From NCBI GenBank assembly GCA_965116795.1, contig OZ220716.1:618503-682502 (forward strand): a stretch of 64,000 nt of DNA, read 5' to 3'. The position numbers and the translations under genes are program-made. Position 1 is the first letter of the stretch. Each line of letters begins with the position of its first letter. Below are positions 48,305 through 58,639 of this stretch, in pieces. This DNA comes from Gammaproteobacteria bacterium. Lineage in GTDB: Bacteria > Pseudomonadota > Gammaproteobacteria > JAJFKG01. The notes below the pieces were generated by a model. It was not told where the DNA came from. It was given only the letters and a program-made list of their open reading frames with translations, and did no database searches.

Positions 48305-49498
48305 ATGCATTTTGATGACTACTTACAGCAAATGGTCGTGCGTGATGCCTCGGATTTATATTTAAGTGGCGGCGCAAAGCCGTCAATGCGAATTCATGGC
48401 GTCGTTCAATCAATTATTGAACAACCTATTTCAAGCGAAACCATCGCCCAATTTGCGCGTGATGTGATGACGCAAACTCAATGGCAGGATTTTGAAGCAC
48501 GCCCTGAAATGAATTTAGCGGTGACTAGCAGTGATGGTAATCGTTTTCGGGTGAATATCTTTCGCCAACGCGATGAAGTTGCCATGGTATTACGCCGCAT
48601 TCAAATCACGATTCCTACTTTTGAAGAATTAGGTTTACCAGATATTTTTTCCGATTTGGCTATGATGAAACGTGGTTTGATTTTAGTAGTGGGTGCAACC
48701 AGTTCAGGTAAGTCGACAACGTTGGCATCGATAATTGACTACCGTAATCAACATTGTGCTGATCACATCATTACAATTGAAGATCCAATTGAATTTATTT
48801 ATGAACATAAACGATCAGTAGTCAATCAGCGTGAAGTTGGGATTGATACGATTGATTATGCAGATGCCTTGCGCAATACATTACGCCAAGCGCCAGATGT
48901 GATTCAAATCGGTGAAATCAGAGCACGTGAAACCATGGAACATGCGATTTCGTATGCAGAAACCGGCCACTTATGTTTGTCAACATTACATGCTAACAAT
49001 GCATCGCAAACAATCGATCGGATTATTAACTTTTTCCCGGCAGAAAGGCATGACCAATTACTATTAGACTTATCACTTAATTTACGTGCCATTGTCTCGC
49101 AACGGTTAGTAAGTTCTAAAGATGGTAAACGTTTGCTGGCGTTAGAATTATTATTAGTTACGCCAACTGTCAGCAAAATGATTAAACAAGGTGAGATTGA
49201 AAAAATTAAAGAAATCATGCAAAAATCCACAGAAGTAGGCATGAAAACATTCGATATGTCCCTTGTGGAATTATGTCATGCTGGTAAGATCACCCGCGAA
49301 GAAGCATTGCATAATGCAGACTCACAAAACAATGTGCGTTTGAGTTTGTCGTTAGCAGAAGGTGTCAAAGATAAAAATGAACGTGTTAAATTATCAGTAC
49401 AAGGTCTTGCGACTACTGATACTGATACTAATACTGATCGCGGTAAATTCTTAGATTGGACGGATAATAATGGCGGAGAACAGACAAAGTTCGATTAA
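48305..49498 (+). CDS. pilU: Type IV pilus retraction ATPase, PilU-like
   Basis: ASDLYL, GATSSGKSTT, TIEDPIE, LRQAPD, ETGHLCLSTLHANN, LSLNLRAIVSQRL; start set at ATG 48305. Confidence 0.85.
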   Translation: MHFDDYLQQMVVRDASDLYLSGGAKPSMRIHGVVQSIIEQPISSETIAQFARDVMTQTQWQDFEARPEMNLAVTSSDGNRFRVNIFRQRDEVAMVLRRIQITIPTFEELGLPDIFSDLAMMKRGLILVVGATSSGKSTTLASIIDYRNQHCADHIITIEDPIEFIYEHKRSVVNQREVGIDTIDYADALRNTLRQAPDVIQIGEIRARETMEHAISYAETGHLCLSTLHANNASQTIDRIINFFPAERHDQLLLDLSLNLRAIVSQRLVSSKDGKRLLALELLLVTPTVSKMIKQGEIEKIKEIMQKSTEVGMKTFDMSLVELCHAGKITREEALHNADSQNNVRLSLSLAEGVKDKNERVKLSVQGLATTDTDTNTDRGKFLDWTDNNGGEQTKFD

Positions 49499-50105
49499 GC
49501 TTACCCAATTTAAACACATCGTTTTAGCCAGTGCCAATCCAGGAAAACTCCACGAACTACAACAGCAATTAGCACCGCTTGCCATTGAGGTGACAGCACA
49601 ATCACACTATGGTGTGACTAGTGTTGCTGAAACGGGTACAACTTTTATTGAAAATGCCCTATTAAAAGCACAGCATGCTGCGCGCGTTACTCAATTACCC
49701 GCATTAGCAGATGATTCTGGTTTGCAAGTTGATGTATTACAAGGTGCGCCCGGTATTTATTCGGCGCGCTATGCTGGTGAACATGCCAGTGATGCAGATA
49801 ACATCAATGCATTGTTGCGTGCATTAGCTGATGTACCGGAACAACAGCGTCAAGCTAGTTACTATTGTTGTTTGGTGTTGTGTCGTCATGCTGCCGATCC
49901 AACGCCGATCATTTGCCAAGGTCGTTGGCATGGACGCATTTTGTTTGAACCGCAAGGCACACAAGGATTTGGTTATGATCCGATTTTTTTCGTCCCAGAC
50001 TATCATTGCAGTGCTGCCCAATTAGATCCTGCCAAAAAAAATGTTATCAGCCATCGCGGTCAAGCGATGCAGCAATTGCAGCAATGTTTACGAGAAATTT
50101 GTTGA
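49470..50105 (+). CDS. rdgB: dITP/XTP pyrophosphatase (Ham1 family)
   Basis: LASANPGKL.E, ETGTTFIENA..KA, DDSGL, GFGYDPIF, SHRGQA. Confidence 0.95.
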   Translation: MAENRQSSIKLTQFKHIVLASANPGKLHELQQQLAPLAIEVTAQSHYGVTSVAETGTTFIENALLKAQHAARVTQLPALADDSGLQVDVLQGAPGIYSARYAGEHASDADNINALLRALADVPEQQRQASYYCCLVLCRHAADPTPIICQGRWHGRILFEPQGTQGFGYDPIFFVPDYHCSAAQLDPAKKNVISHRGQAMQQLQQCLREIC

Positions 50106-50138
50106 TAATAATGTAGTAGCCAAGTAACACTAAAAAAA

Positions 50139-50377
50139 CCGTCATCCTTGAGAGCCCGTGGAACGGGCGAGTCAAGGATCCAGTCTTTAAAATTTTGTAA
50201 AATAACAGAAATAAAGTTTAACATTTTTGAACACACATAAAAATAATAGTCTCATTTACTAGTTAGATAAGACAAAAGACTAGATTCTGGATCCTTGACT
50301 ACTCAAGGACAAGCTCGCATCCCTGGATAATCTCCGATTTCCAGGGCAAGGTTTTATACATGCTCTCCAGAATGACA
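50139..50377. repeat. Inverted REP doublet (REPIN-like) with nested hairpins
   Basis: AGTCAAGGATCCAG / CTGGATCCTTGACT arms around an AT-rich spacer; CGTCAT...ATGAC outer ends; internal CCCTGGA..TCCAGGG module. Confidence 0.6.
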
Positions 50378-50436
50378 GCCACCCACTATACTCAATATAT
50401 TTATGCATGAAACAACGCAACAGGGATTAGGTTAAC

Positions 50437-51798
50437 ATGCACCAACAACGTCAATCGCAACATGGATTATGGTCGTCGCACTGGGTATTTGTATTAGCAG
50501 CAACCGGTGCGGCGGTTGGATTAGGTAATGTGTGGAAATTCCCGTATATCACCGGTGAAAATGGCGGTGGTGCGTTTGTGATATTGTATTTGATTTGCAT
50601 TGTGATCGTTGGCATTCCATTAATGATGGCAGAAGTGTTGTTGGGTCGACGCGGACGGCAAAACCCAATCGCAGCGGTGCGAACGATTGCATTAGAAAAT
50701 AACCGTAGTCATTGGTGGAAAATAGCAGGTGCAACCGGTGTAATAGCCGGTTTTTTAATTTTATCGTATTACAGTGTGATCGCGGGTTGGGCATTATCCT
50801 ATGTGTTTCGCGCGATGTTTGGTGACTTTGTTGATGCCAGTGCAACACAAATTACCGACATGTTTAATCAATTCATTGCTAGTCCGTGGCGTTTATTACT
50901 ATGGCATTCGATCATTGTATTAACCACTGGCATTGTGGTTGCTCGCGGGGTTAAACGTGGCATTGAAGAAGCGATCTTAGTCATGTTTCCACTCATGTTG
51001 TTATTGTTGTTGGTGTTAGTGGGTTATGCAGTGGAAAGTGGTTATTTCATGCAAGGTGTACGCTTTTTATTTTCACCTGACTTTTCTAAGTTATCAACAG
51101 AAGGGGTGTTAGATGCATTAGGCCATGCCTTTTTTACGTTAAGCTTATCAACCGGTGGCATTATGATGTACGGTGCGTATTTACCACAGAATGCATCGGT
51201 GATCAAAGCCTCTATTGCGATTGCTGTTGCTGACACCGGGATTGCATTACTTGCTGGGTTAGCTATTTTTCCAATTGTATTTGCTAATCAATTATCACCT
51301 GGTGCTGGTCCTGGTTTAATCTTTCAAACCTTACCGATTGCATTTGCACACATGCCTTACGGTAGTTTGTTTGCAACCTTATTTTTTGTGATGTTGGTGT
51401 TTGCTGCATTTACATCAACGGTATCATTGTTAGAACCACCCGTCGCTTGGTTTATTGAGCGTGTAAAAATAAGCAGACAGCAAGCAGCATTATTTGTTAG
51501 CATTGGTGTGTGGTTATTAGGTATTATCACCATATTATCATTTAATAAGTGGCAACACATACGTGTGTTTGGCAAAGATCCATTTGATTTATTAGATTAC
51601 ATCACTGCCAATATCATGTTGCCATTAGGCGGCTTTTTAGTGGCATTGTTTACTGGTTGGTTTCTGTGTCGTGAAGATGCACTCGATGAATTGCAATTAC
51701 CCGATCGCTGGTTGTTTGCTAAATGGCGTTTCACCATTCGTTATTTAACCCCAGTGGCAATTTTAGCCGTATTTTTCAAGGTGATTGGGGTTTTTTGA
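50437..51798 (+). CDS. Sodium-dependent transporter, NSS/SNF family
   Basis: GAAVGLGNVWKFPY..GENGGGAF, AFFTLSL, GPGLIF. Confidence 0.93.
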   Translation: MHQQRQSQHGLWSSHWVFVLAATGAAVGLGNVWKFPYITGENGGGAFVILYLICIVIVGIPLMMAEVLLGRRGRQNPIAAVRTIALENNRSHWWKIAGATGVIAGFLILSYYSVIAGWALSYVFRAMFGDFVDASATQITDMFNQFIASPWRLLLWHSIIVLTTGIVVARGVKRGIEEAILVMFPLMLLLLLVLVGYAVESGYFMQGVRFLFSPDFSKLSTEGVLDALGHAFFTLSLSTGGIMMYGAYLPQNASVIKASIAIAVADTGIALLAGLAIFPIVFANQLSPGAGPGLIFQTLPIAFAHMPYGSLFATLFFVMLVFAAFTSTVSLLEPPVAWFIERVKISRQQAALFVSIGVWLLGIITILSFNKWQHIRVFGKDPFDLLDYITANIMLPLGGFLVALFTGWFLCREDALDELQLPDRWLFAKWRFTIRYLTPVAILAVFFKVIGVF

Positions 51799-51889
51799 TT
51801 TACCCTACCCTAAATAACTGCATAATTCCGGTTGATCCTTCATCCAATAATCGTCATGATAGATCCTTTGGCTAAAAGACGAGGGGCAT

Positions 51890-53932
51890 ATGACATCCAA
51901 AGGCGTGCAACCGACCAAGGCATCGCATCACTATTTTATTTCTCCAAAAACAACACTTCCTGAAATCACCATTAAAGTCACGTTGATTTCGTTGGTATTA
52001 ACCATTGTGTTGGCGGCGGCAAATGCGTATTTGGGATTAAAAGTTGGGTTAACCATCACCGGTTCAATTCCTGCGGCGATCATCGCAATGGGGTTGTTGC
52101 GTTTATTTAAACATTATAATGTTTTAGAAAATAACATTGCACAAACCGCCGCATCTGCCGGGGATACCTTAGCTGCGGGGATTATTTTTACCTTACCGGC
52201 TACATTAATCATCGGTGCGTGGACGGATATTGCCTATTGGCCAACCGTCATGATTGGTTTATTAGGTGGTGTATTAGGTGTGTTGTTTGCCGTTCCTTTG
52301 CGTCGCGTATTACTTGATGATCCAAATTTACATTTCCCAGAAGGTGTTGCTATTGGTGAAGTGTTAAAACACACTGCTGGTGGCGATACCACCGGTTTAG
52401 GCACATTAGTCAAAGGCAGCTTGTTTGGTGCAATCATCAGTGTTGCTCAGATTGGTTTTAAACTGATTGCTGACGGGTTATCGTATTGGGTAAAAATCGG
52501 TAGTAGTTTATGTGGCATTGGTTTAGGGTTTTCACCAGCATTAATTGGTGCGGGTTTTATTGTTGGTTTTGGTGTGAGTTTCAGTATCTTAATCGGTGTG
52601 ATCTTGGGGTGGATCATCGGTGTGCCGATTATTAGTGCGCATCAAGGCGTGCCTGATTTATTACATGATAATACGCAAATTGCTTATTACTACTGGATGC
52701 ATTACATCCGTTATATTGGGATTGGTACGATGATTGTTGGTAGTGCCTCGGCAATTATCTGTTTATTTAAACCAATGTTTCGCGGCATTCGTGCATCGAT
52801 AGGTGCAATGAGTCAACACGATGATTCAATTTTACGTACTGAACGTGATATCCCATTTAACCAAGTGTTAATTGGCAGTGTTGTCATTACCTTAGCGATT
52901 TTTGTGATGATTTACTTATTTGCGCAACATAACATGCCAGAATTTTCGTTGACTCAACATATTATTTTTGCTGCCATCAGTGCATTATTAATTTATGGCT
53001 TAGGGTTTTTAGTCGCGGCTATTTGCGGTTATTTTGCAGGATTGGTTGGATCATCGATCAGCCCGATCTCTTGCATGATTTTAATTGCCACTATCAGTGT
53101 GAGCTTAGTGTTATTAGTGCTTGCCTCGGTTTGGCATTTACCCAAAACCCAATTAGCCAGTTTTGCAGTGCTAGCGGTGTTGATCAATGCTGTCATCGCA
53201 GCGGTTGCGGCAATCAGTAACGATACCATTCAAGACTTAAAAGCAGGACAAATTATTGGAGCAACCCCGTGGAAACAACAAGTAATGTTGTTTTTTGGGG
53301 TGGCAGTCGCTGCATTTGTGTTACCGTTTATCATTAAATTGTTATATCACGCTTACGGCATTGCCGGCGTGTTTCCGCGCCCGGACATGGATCCCAGTCA
53401 AATGTTATTGGCACCACAAGCAACGTTGATCGCAACCGTAACCAAAGGGGTGTTTACCTTGTCATTGCCGTGGACCTTGTTAGGGATTGGGATGGCGATT
53501 GGGTTACTGGTTATTGTGTTAGATAAGTGGTTAAAACCACGTGGATTGCATTTGCATATATTAGGTGTCGGTACCGGTATTTACTTGCCATTTAGTGCGA
53601 CGGTGCCGTTAATCATCGGTGGGTTTACCGCTGGTTTTGTCGGTTATGTGTATCGCAAACGTAAAGCAGCATTGGCATTGGCTGATGACAGTGACCATAC
53701 CGTCAAACAAACGGGTTTATTAGCCGGTTGTGGATTAGTGGCCGGGGCGTCGATTTCTGGGGTATTACTTGCCATTCCCTTTGCTATGTTCGGGTCATCT
53801 GATGTGTTACGATTGGTCGGTCCAGGCTTTGGGCCGTATGCCAGTGTATTAAGTGTGCTTACCACAATTGCATTAGTCTATTGGATTTACCGCGTCACGT
53901 TATCGTCGGTTTTCAATAAAAAACCATATTAA
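51890..53932 (+). CDS. OPT-family oligopeptide transporter
   Basis: NAYLGLKVG, ENNIAQT.ASAG, FPEG.A, QDLKAG..GATPWKQQ, APQA. Confidence 0.92.
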   Translation: MTSKGVQPTKASHHYFISPKTTLPEITIKVTLISLVLTIVLAAANAYLGLKVGLTITGSIPAAIIAMGLLRLFKHYNVLENNIAQTAASAGDTLAAGIIFTLPATLIIGAWTDIAYWPTVMIGLLGGVLGVLFAVPLRRVLLDDPNLHFPEGVAIGEVLKHTAGGDTTGLGTLVKGSLFGAIISVAQIGFKLIADGLSYWVKIGSSLCGIGLGFSPALIGAGFIVGFGVSFSILIGVILGWIIGVPIISAHQGVPDLLHDNTQIAYYYWMHYIRYIGIGTMIVGSASAIICLFKPMFRGIRASIGAMSQHDDSILRTERDIPFNQVLIGSVVITLAIFVMIYLFAQHNMPEFSLTQHIIFAAISALLIYGLGFLVAAICGYFAGLVGSSISPISCMILIATISVSLVLLVLASVWHLPKTQLASFAVLAVLINAVIAAVAAISNDTIQDLKAGQIIGATPWKQQVMLFFGVAVAAFVLPFIIKLLYHAYGIAGVFPRPDMDPSQMLLAPQATLIATVTKGVFTLSLPWTLLGIGMAIGLLVIVLDKWLKPRGLHLHILGVGTGIYLPFSATVPLIIGGFTAGFVGYVYRKRKAALALADDSDHTVKQTGLLAGCGLVAGASISGVLLAIPFAMFGSSDVLRLVGPGFGPYASVLSVLTTIALVYWIYRVTLSSVFNKKPY

Positions 53933-53998
53933 GAAAACGTTAATAAAACTGGGCGTAGCATGGCAATGACGATTGGGCAGACCAACGAGGAGTCAATA

Positions 53999-55381
53999 AT
54001 GAAACAACTTAGAATTACAACCAGGTTAAACCGTTTTGGTCTATGCATGGCCGTATTATGTGCCTTGGTAAGCCATGCTGCATGGGCAGCAACTACTAAT
54101 GCAACCGACAAAGGCATTTTCAATTCTGGTGTGTTTGACGTGGGTGCGTATGGTAATACCGAGTTTGGCTTCATCCTGCAAACTAAGCTATCTGGCTATT
54201 TAGGCGACAGCGGTCGTCAAGCAATGGCGCTGGAATTAAGTGGTGGCCCTAAAACAATGCGGGTTAATGCAACCTATGGATTAGCATTAACATCAAAGCA
54301 ACGCCTTAAATTAACCTTTGAACGCTTAGATCAAGAACTTGATTTTGACTTTGATTCTGGCAACGTAAGCCGTTGGGTCGGGCAAAATGCAGTGGGTGCC
54401 GGTTATGCATATTTATTTGATAACCCGTATATTAATGCATTTAATCTGGGTGGTTATTTCTCAAATTCGCCAAGTAGACACCTTTCTTCGAAAGATAAGC
54501 CATTTGATGATGAGACTAACACCGGTTATTTAGAACCGGAAAAACGTCATATCGCCGGTGCTAACAGTGGTAATGTGCATGCTGATCTAACCGTGACTCC
54601 ATGGCCGTACGGCCGTTTAACCGGCGGTATGGATTACGACATTGTACGCTTTGATACCAAGTATCGTGATTATGATGTCGATGGCTTAGGTGGCCACGTG
54701 AGATTAACTCAGCGTATCTTCCCACAATTAAAAGCCACCTTTGCGTCTGAGTTTCGCCAAAATCAACGTGAATACCTAGGTGAAATTGGTTGGTTGTTAC
54801 CATCACCACGTGGCACACAGTTAGAGTTGGTAGCATTATTAGATTATGTCGATAATTTAGCAACTGAACGTGACTTTTACACCAGCGGTGCACGTTTGAA
54901 TTTATCACTCAATCCAGGCGATGGCACTTATAGTGAGTTAGCTAAACAACGTCATGCTGATCTATTAACGTGGACACGTACTCCAGCAGTACGTATGTCG
55001 ACTGTGTTGGCTGTGACGGATAACAAAGTGTCGGCGTATATCCGAGGGTTGTATGTGTCAGAACTTGTTGATGGGCCTGTTGGTAGAGTTGTGCGTGGTT
55101 GGACAGTAACGGAAGCGCAAGGCTTCAATCTTAACGAAGCTATTGCGATAGATTTATTTAACTATAATAGCAATTCTGGAGAGGCAGTTATAGAGTACAT
55201 AGACTCGCCAACTGGTGGAATTCAAAATCTCAGAATCACCCGTTCGGATGTTAGAGGAGTGGTAATAGACTCTAATTCTGCGTGGGTAGCCACTAGTACA
55301 GGATTTAGGTGTGATGTGCCAGCTGTTGAAGTTGATAACGCTATAAATAGATGCCGTTTCCTCGCAGCAAAGCAGCATTAA
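53999..55381 (+). CDS. Secreted protein: conserved beta-barrel-like N-domain plus variable Cys-containing C-domain (paralog 1)
   Basis: Signal peptide; amphipathic beta strands; co-linear with 60634-62175 up to W.RTPAVRM..VLA..D; start ATG 53999 after GAGGAG. Confidence 0.65.
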   Translation: MKQLRITTRLNRFGLCMAVLCALVSHAAWAATTNATDKGIFNSGVFDVGAYGNTEFGFILQTKLSGYLGDSGRQAMALELSGGPKTMRVNATYGLALTSKQRLKLTFERLDQELDFDFDSGNVSRWVGQNAVGAGYAYLFDNPYINAFNLGGYFSNSPSRHLSSKDKPFDDETNTGYLEPEKRHIAGANSGNVHADLTVTPWPYGRLTGGMDYDIVRFDTKYRDYDVDGLGGHVRLTQRIFPQLKATFASEFRQNQREYLGEIGWLLPSPRGTQLELVALLDYVDNLATERDFYTSGARLNLSLNPGDGTYSELAKQRHADLLTWTRTPAVRMSTVLAVTDNKVSAYIRGLYVSELVDGPVGRVVRGWTVTEAQGFNLNEAIAIDLFNYNSNSGEAVIEYIDSPTGGIQNLRITRSDVRGVVIDSNSAWVATSTGFRCDVPAVEVDNAINRCRFLAAKQH

Positions 55382-55438
55382 GCAACACTCTGTGATGTGT
55401 GTTAGTTAAGAATAGAATTCACATCCCTCAACTCAGAC

Positions 55439-55472
55439 AAACCCCAGAAAGGTAACTTTCTGGGGTTTTTTC
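55439..55472 (+). terminator. Rho-independent terminator
   Basis: AAACCCCAGAAAG-GTAA-CTTTCTGGGGTTT followed by a T-rich tract. Confidence 0.85.
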
Positions 55473-55480
55473 TTTCTTTT

Positions 55481-55680
55481 CCATCATCCCAGCGGCTTGA
55501 CCCAAAGGTTTTTATACAAGTAATACACCGACCTTGCTCTCCCCAGCCATCACCTCGCGGCTTGACTCAAAGGCCTCTACGCAAGTAACGCAACTATCTC
55601 CTCCCATGGTCGTAACCACAAGTAATGCACCTATCCCCTCCCTACGGCCGTCACCCCGCGATCAAGTCGCGGGGTGACGG
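55481..55680. repeat. Degenerate tandem (~65-70 bp) REP mosaic ending in a perfect CGTC hairpin
   Basis: Repeated CCATCA.C..GCGGCTTGAC.CAAAGG and CAAGTAA..CA blocks; CCGTCACCCCGCGA-TCAAG-TCGCGGGGTGACGG at 55648-55680. Confidence 0.65.
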
Positions 55681-56198
55681 TTGTAAGAAAGCGACAGATA
55701 CTTGCATTAATAGATTTTTTGTGCAATAAGTATAGGAAATTCCTATACAGCTCTATAAGATAATCTTACATACCCATGAAAGAAATTACGCGACATCTCG
55801 AAAGCTATATTATTCAATCACTTACGTCATTTCCGGCGGTATACATTGCTGGCCCTAGGCAATCCGGCAAGACCACCCTGGTACGACATATTGCCGCCAA
55901 TCACCATCCGGCACGTTATATTACCTTTGATGATTTACAAATGCGTTCAGCAGCGGAGCACGATCCAGACGCATTTTTACGCAGTCTAACCGGTGCAGTG
56001 GTATTAGATGAAGTGTATGCTTCCAGTACCGTTGCGTGACAGCCATCAATCTGTCAATTATTCTGTGTAGGGGCAATTTATTTTTTTGATTTTGCCATTG
56101 TGCTTTTTTCCGACTTGCAATTTGAAAATAATGGGATCAGACTTGTTTCCAGGTCAGGTTATTTCTGACTGACCAATGGATGAAACAAGGATTATGTT

Positions 56199-57832
56199 GT
56201 GAAGAAACCGGAAACGATTGATTTAAGCCATGCAGAAGCAGAGTCATTACTGTCACGACTTGAAACAGGTAATCTATCAGACACCGATCGCAAGCTATGC
56301 AGCAGTGCACTACGCATGGTATTTTGGTTGCAAGGTCAATTAACCGAAGCCAAACTCAGTATCCGTCGATTGAAGAGAATATTTGGGATCTGCAGCGAAA
56401 AACAGGGGTAAAAGGTACATCAACGTCGGCAAGTTCTTCTGACAAAGTGCCAAAAGACACTGACAACGTTAAGGAAGATGATGTATCTGAGCAATCAAAC
56501 AAAGGGCATGGACGCTATAGCGCAGATGATTATGTTGCAGCAGAAGTTCACAAAGTGAGTGATGAACGTTACTACCCAGGTGCACATTGCTTACATGTTG
56601 ATTGTAAAGGCCGTTTATATTTATGGAATAAACCATCAAAAGTGATCCGTTTGTTAGGCCAACCAATGGCGCGGGTTGTACGTTATGACAGAGAGGTCTA
56701 TCGTTGCGGATTGTGTTTAACGTTATTTACAGTGCCGTTACCAAAAGAAAGCGGCAAAGATGTCTATAGCGATAGTTTCAAAGCGGTATTGGCGGTGAAT
56801 CACTATGTATTTGGTTTGCCATTTTATCGGATAGCGAAGTATCACGAAGCGCAAGGCATTCCATTACCGACATCGAATCAATTTGCGTGCATGGAGACGG
56901 TGTTTAATCACGTACTTCCTGTTTATCAAGCATTGCAACGTACTGCGGCCAACGGCGAGTTGGTCCAATACGATGACACCACAGCGAAGGTCCAAAGCCT
57001 CGTGTTAGAAAACCAGGCGCTAGAAGAAAAAGCACGTCGTGGCATATTTACAACAGCGGCACTATCAAAAGTAGGTGATAACGAAGTGGTATTAGTCTTT
57101 ACAGGTCGCTCACATGGTGGTGAGAATATCACAGCGTTATTGCGCAAACGTGATACTGAGTTAGGGTCTGTTATTTTAATGTCAGATGCGCTGAGTCGAA
57201 ACCGCATCAAAGACGAGTCGATTGCCGAACAGACGCAAGTTAGCTATTGTTTAACCCATGCCAGACGCTATTTTTTCGAGTGCAAAGACGTTTATCCGAA
57301 GGTATGTCAGCCAGTACTAAACTGGATTGGGCAAGTGTATCGACACGAGCGTCATTGTAAAACATACGGCTATACACCAGAGCAACGCCTGCATTATCAT
57401 CGTCGTCATTCGAAACCGATAATGAAACAGCTACGGCGATTTTTAGAACAATGTGTTCGAAAACGCTGGGCGGAGCCTAACAGTAGTGCTGGCAAAGCTA
57501 TCAATTATATGCGCAACCATTTTCGAGAGTTAACGTTATTTTTATCTGTTCTTGGTGCAGTGCTAGATAACAATGATTCTGAGCGTTTAATTAAGATTGC
57601 ACCCGTGATGTATCGTAAGAATTCACAACAATATCGTACCACTTATGGTGCTATGGTTGGCGACGTGTTGATGAGTGTATTATTCACGGCGCAATATGCT
57701 GGTGTTGACCCAGTGGATTATTTACAAAGTTTATTGTTGCATAAAGATGAGTTACAACAGCGTGCTAACGATTGGTTACCTTGGCATTATAAGGACACAC
57801 TCAACACCAAGGCATTAGCCAAAGCGGCCTAA
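56199..57832 (+). CDS. tnpC: IS66 transposase TnpC, split by a -1 frameshift near 56400
   Basis: ORF 56199-56411 gives the N-terminal helix ending LKRIFG..SEK; the -1 frame gives zinc-finger Cys, DDT, CLTHARRYF and LDNN.SER motifs. Confidence 0.85.
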
Positions 57833-58191
57833 GCCGCTTTGGCAGGTAGAGACTTCCAGTTTTGTTGACAATTAGCGGTAATGGGATTGCCGTTATACAG
57901 TAAGATATTCAGTGTGCTGGCAGTTAATTCAATCGTCGTGCAATTATCTTGTGGCCACCACTGAAGTCGTCCTCTGGACAGTCGTTTATGACATAGCCAG
58001 AAACCTTGGCCATCGTAGGTCAGCAGTTTGATGGCGTTACGACGACGATTGGTAAAGACAAATACCGTGCCATTAAAGGGGTCATTGTACATGTTAGCTT
58101 GGCAGACTCGACACAAACCTTCGATACCGGCTCTGAAGTCCACCGGTTCTTTGGCTAATAAAATGCGGTGTTGAGGCGTTATTTGCAACAT
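57829..58191 (-). CDS. tnpB: IS66 accessory protein TnpB
   Basis: PVDFRAGIEGL, FVFTNRRR..IKLL.YDGQGFWL..KRL..G. Confidence 0.93.
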   Translation of the reverse strand: MLQITPQHRILLAKEPVDFRAGIEGLCRVCQANMYNDPFNGTVFVFTNRRRNAIKLLTYDGQGFWLCHKRLSRGRLQWWPQDNCTTIELTASTLNILLYNGNPITANCQQNWKSLPAKAA

Positions 58192-58201
58192 CCGTTTATC
58201 C

Positions 58202-58639
58202 TCAGCACAGTGTTTTCAATAGTTGGGCTGTTGATGTGACATCCGCTAGACGAATAGCCACATGCAGACCATGTGGGTAATGGATAGTCAACTCACACGC
58301 GGCCGTTTGTATTGCGATGTTGGTTTGAGGTGCTTTGTTCTTAATTGGTTTGACGGTGACAAAGTGTGGTGTTGTTTTACTTGATACGGCTTTTTGCTCA
58401 CGCCAGCGTTTTAGTTGAGAATGATTTATTCTTAATGACTTCAGTTTTGAGAATGGTATGCCGTTATTAAAGGCGCGAACAGTTGCTTGGCGTAACGCTA
58501 GTGGCACAGGCGCATTGCTAGATTTGTTAGCCCGCCATTGTTCAAACTGTTGTTGCAATTGATCGAATGATGACGAATTTGCAATCTGTTTTTTACTACG
58601 TAAAGTTGTGCTGTGCGTTTTTGATTTCCTTGTTCCCAT
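58202..58639 (-). CDS. tnpA: IS66 accessory protein TnpA-like (HTH)
   Basis: Inside the IS, directly upstream of tnpB; F..WR...P..L, QLKRW, FV.V and C-terminal IHYPHG pattern. Confidence 0.7.
   Translation of the reverse strand: MGTRKSKTHSTTLRSKKQIANSSSFDQLQQQFEQWRANKSSNAPVPLALRQATVRAFNNGIPFSKLKSLRINHSQLKRWREQKAVSSKTTPHFVTVKPIKNKAPQTNIAIQTAACELTIHYPHGLHVAIRLADVTSTAQLLKTLC

Noticed and set aside
55481-55680. Possible mini-CRISPR (about 66-bp period)
   Set aside because: The whole unit, including the would-be spacer, is repeated and degenerate; this fits a REP mosaic.
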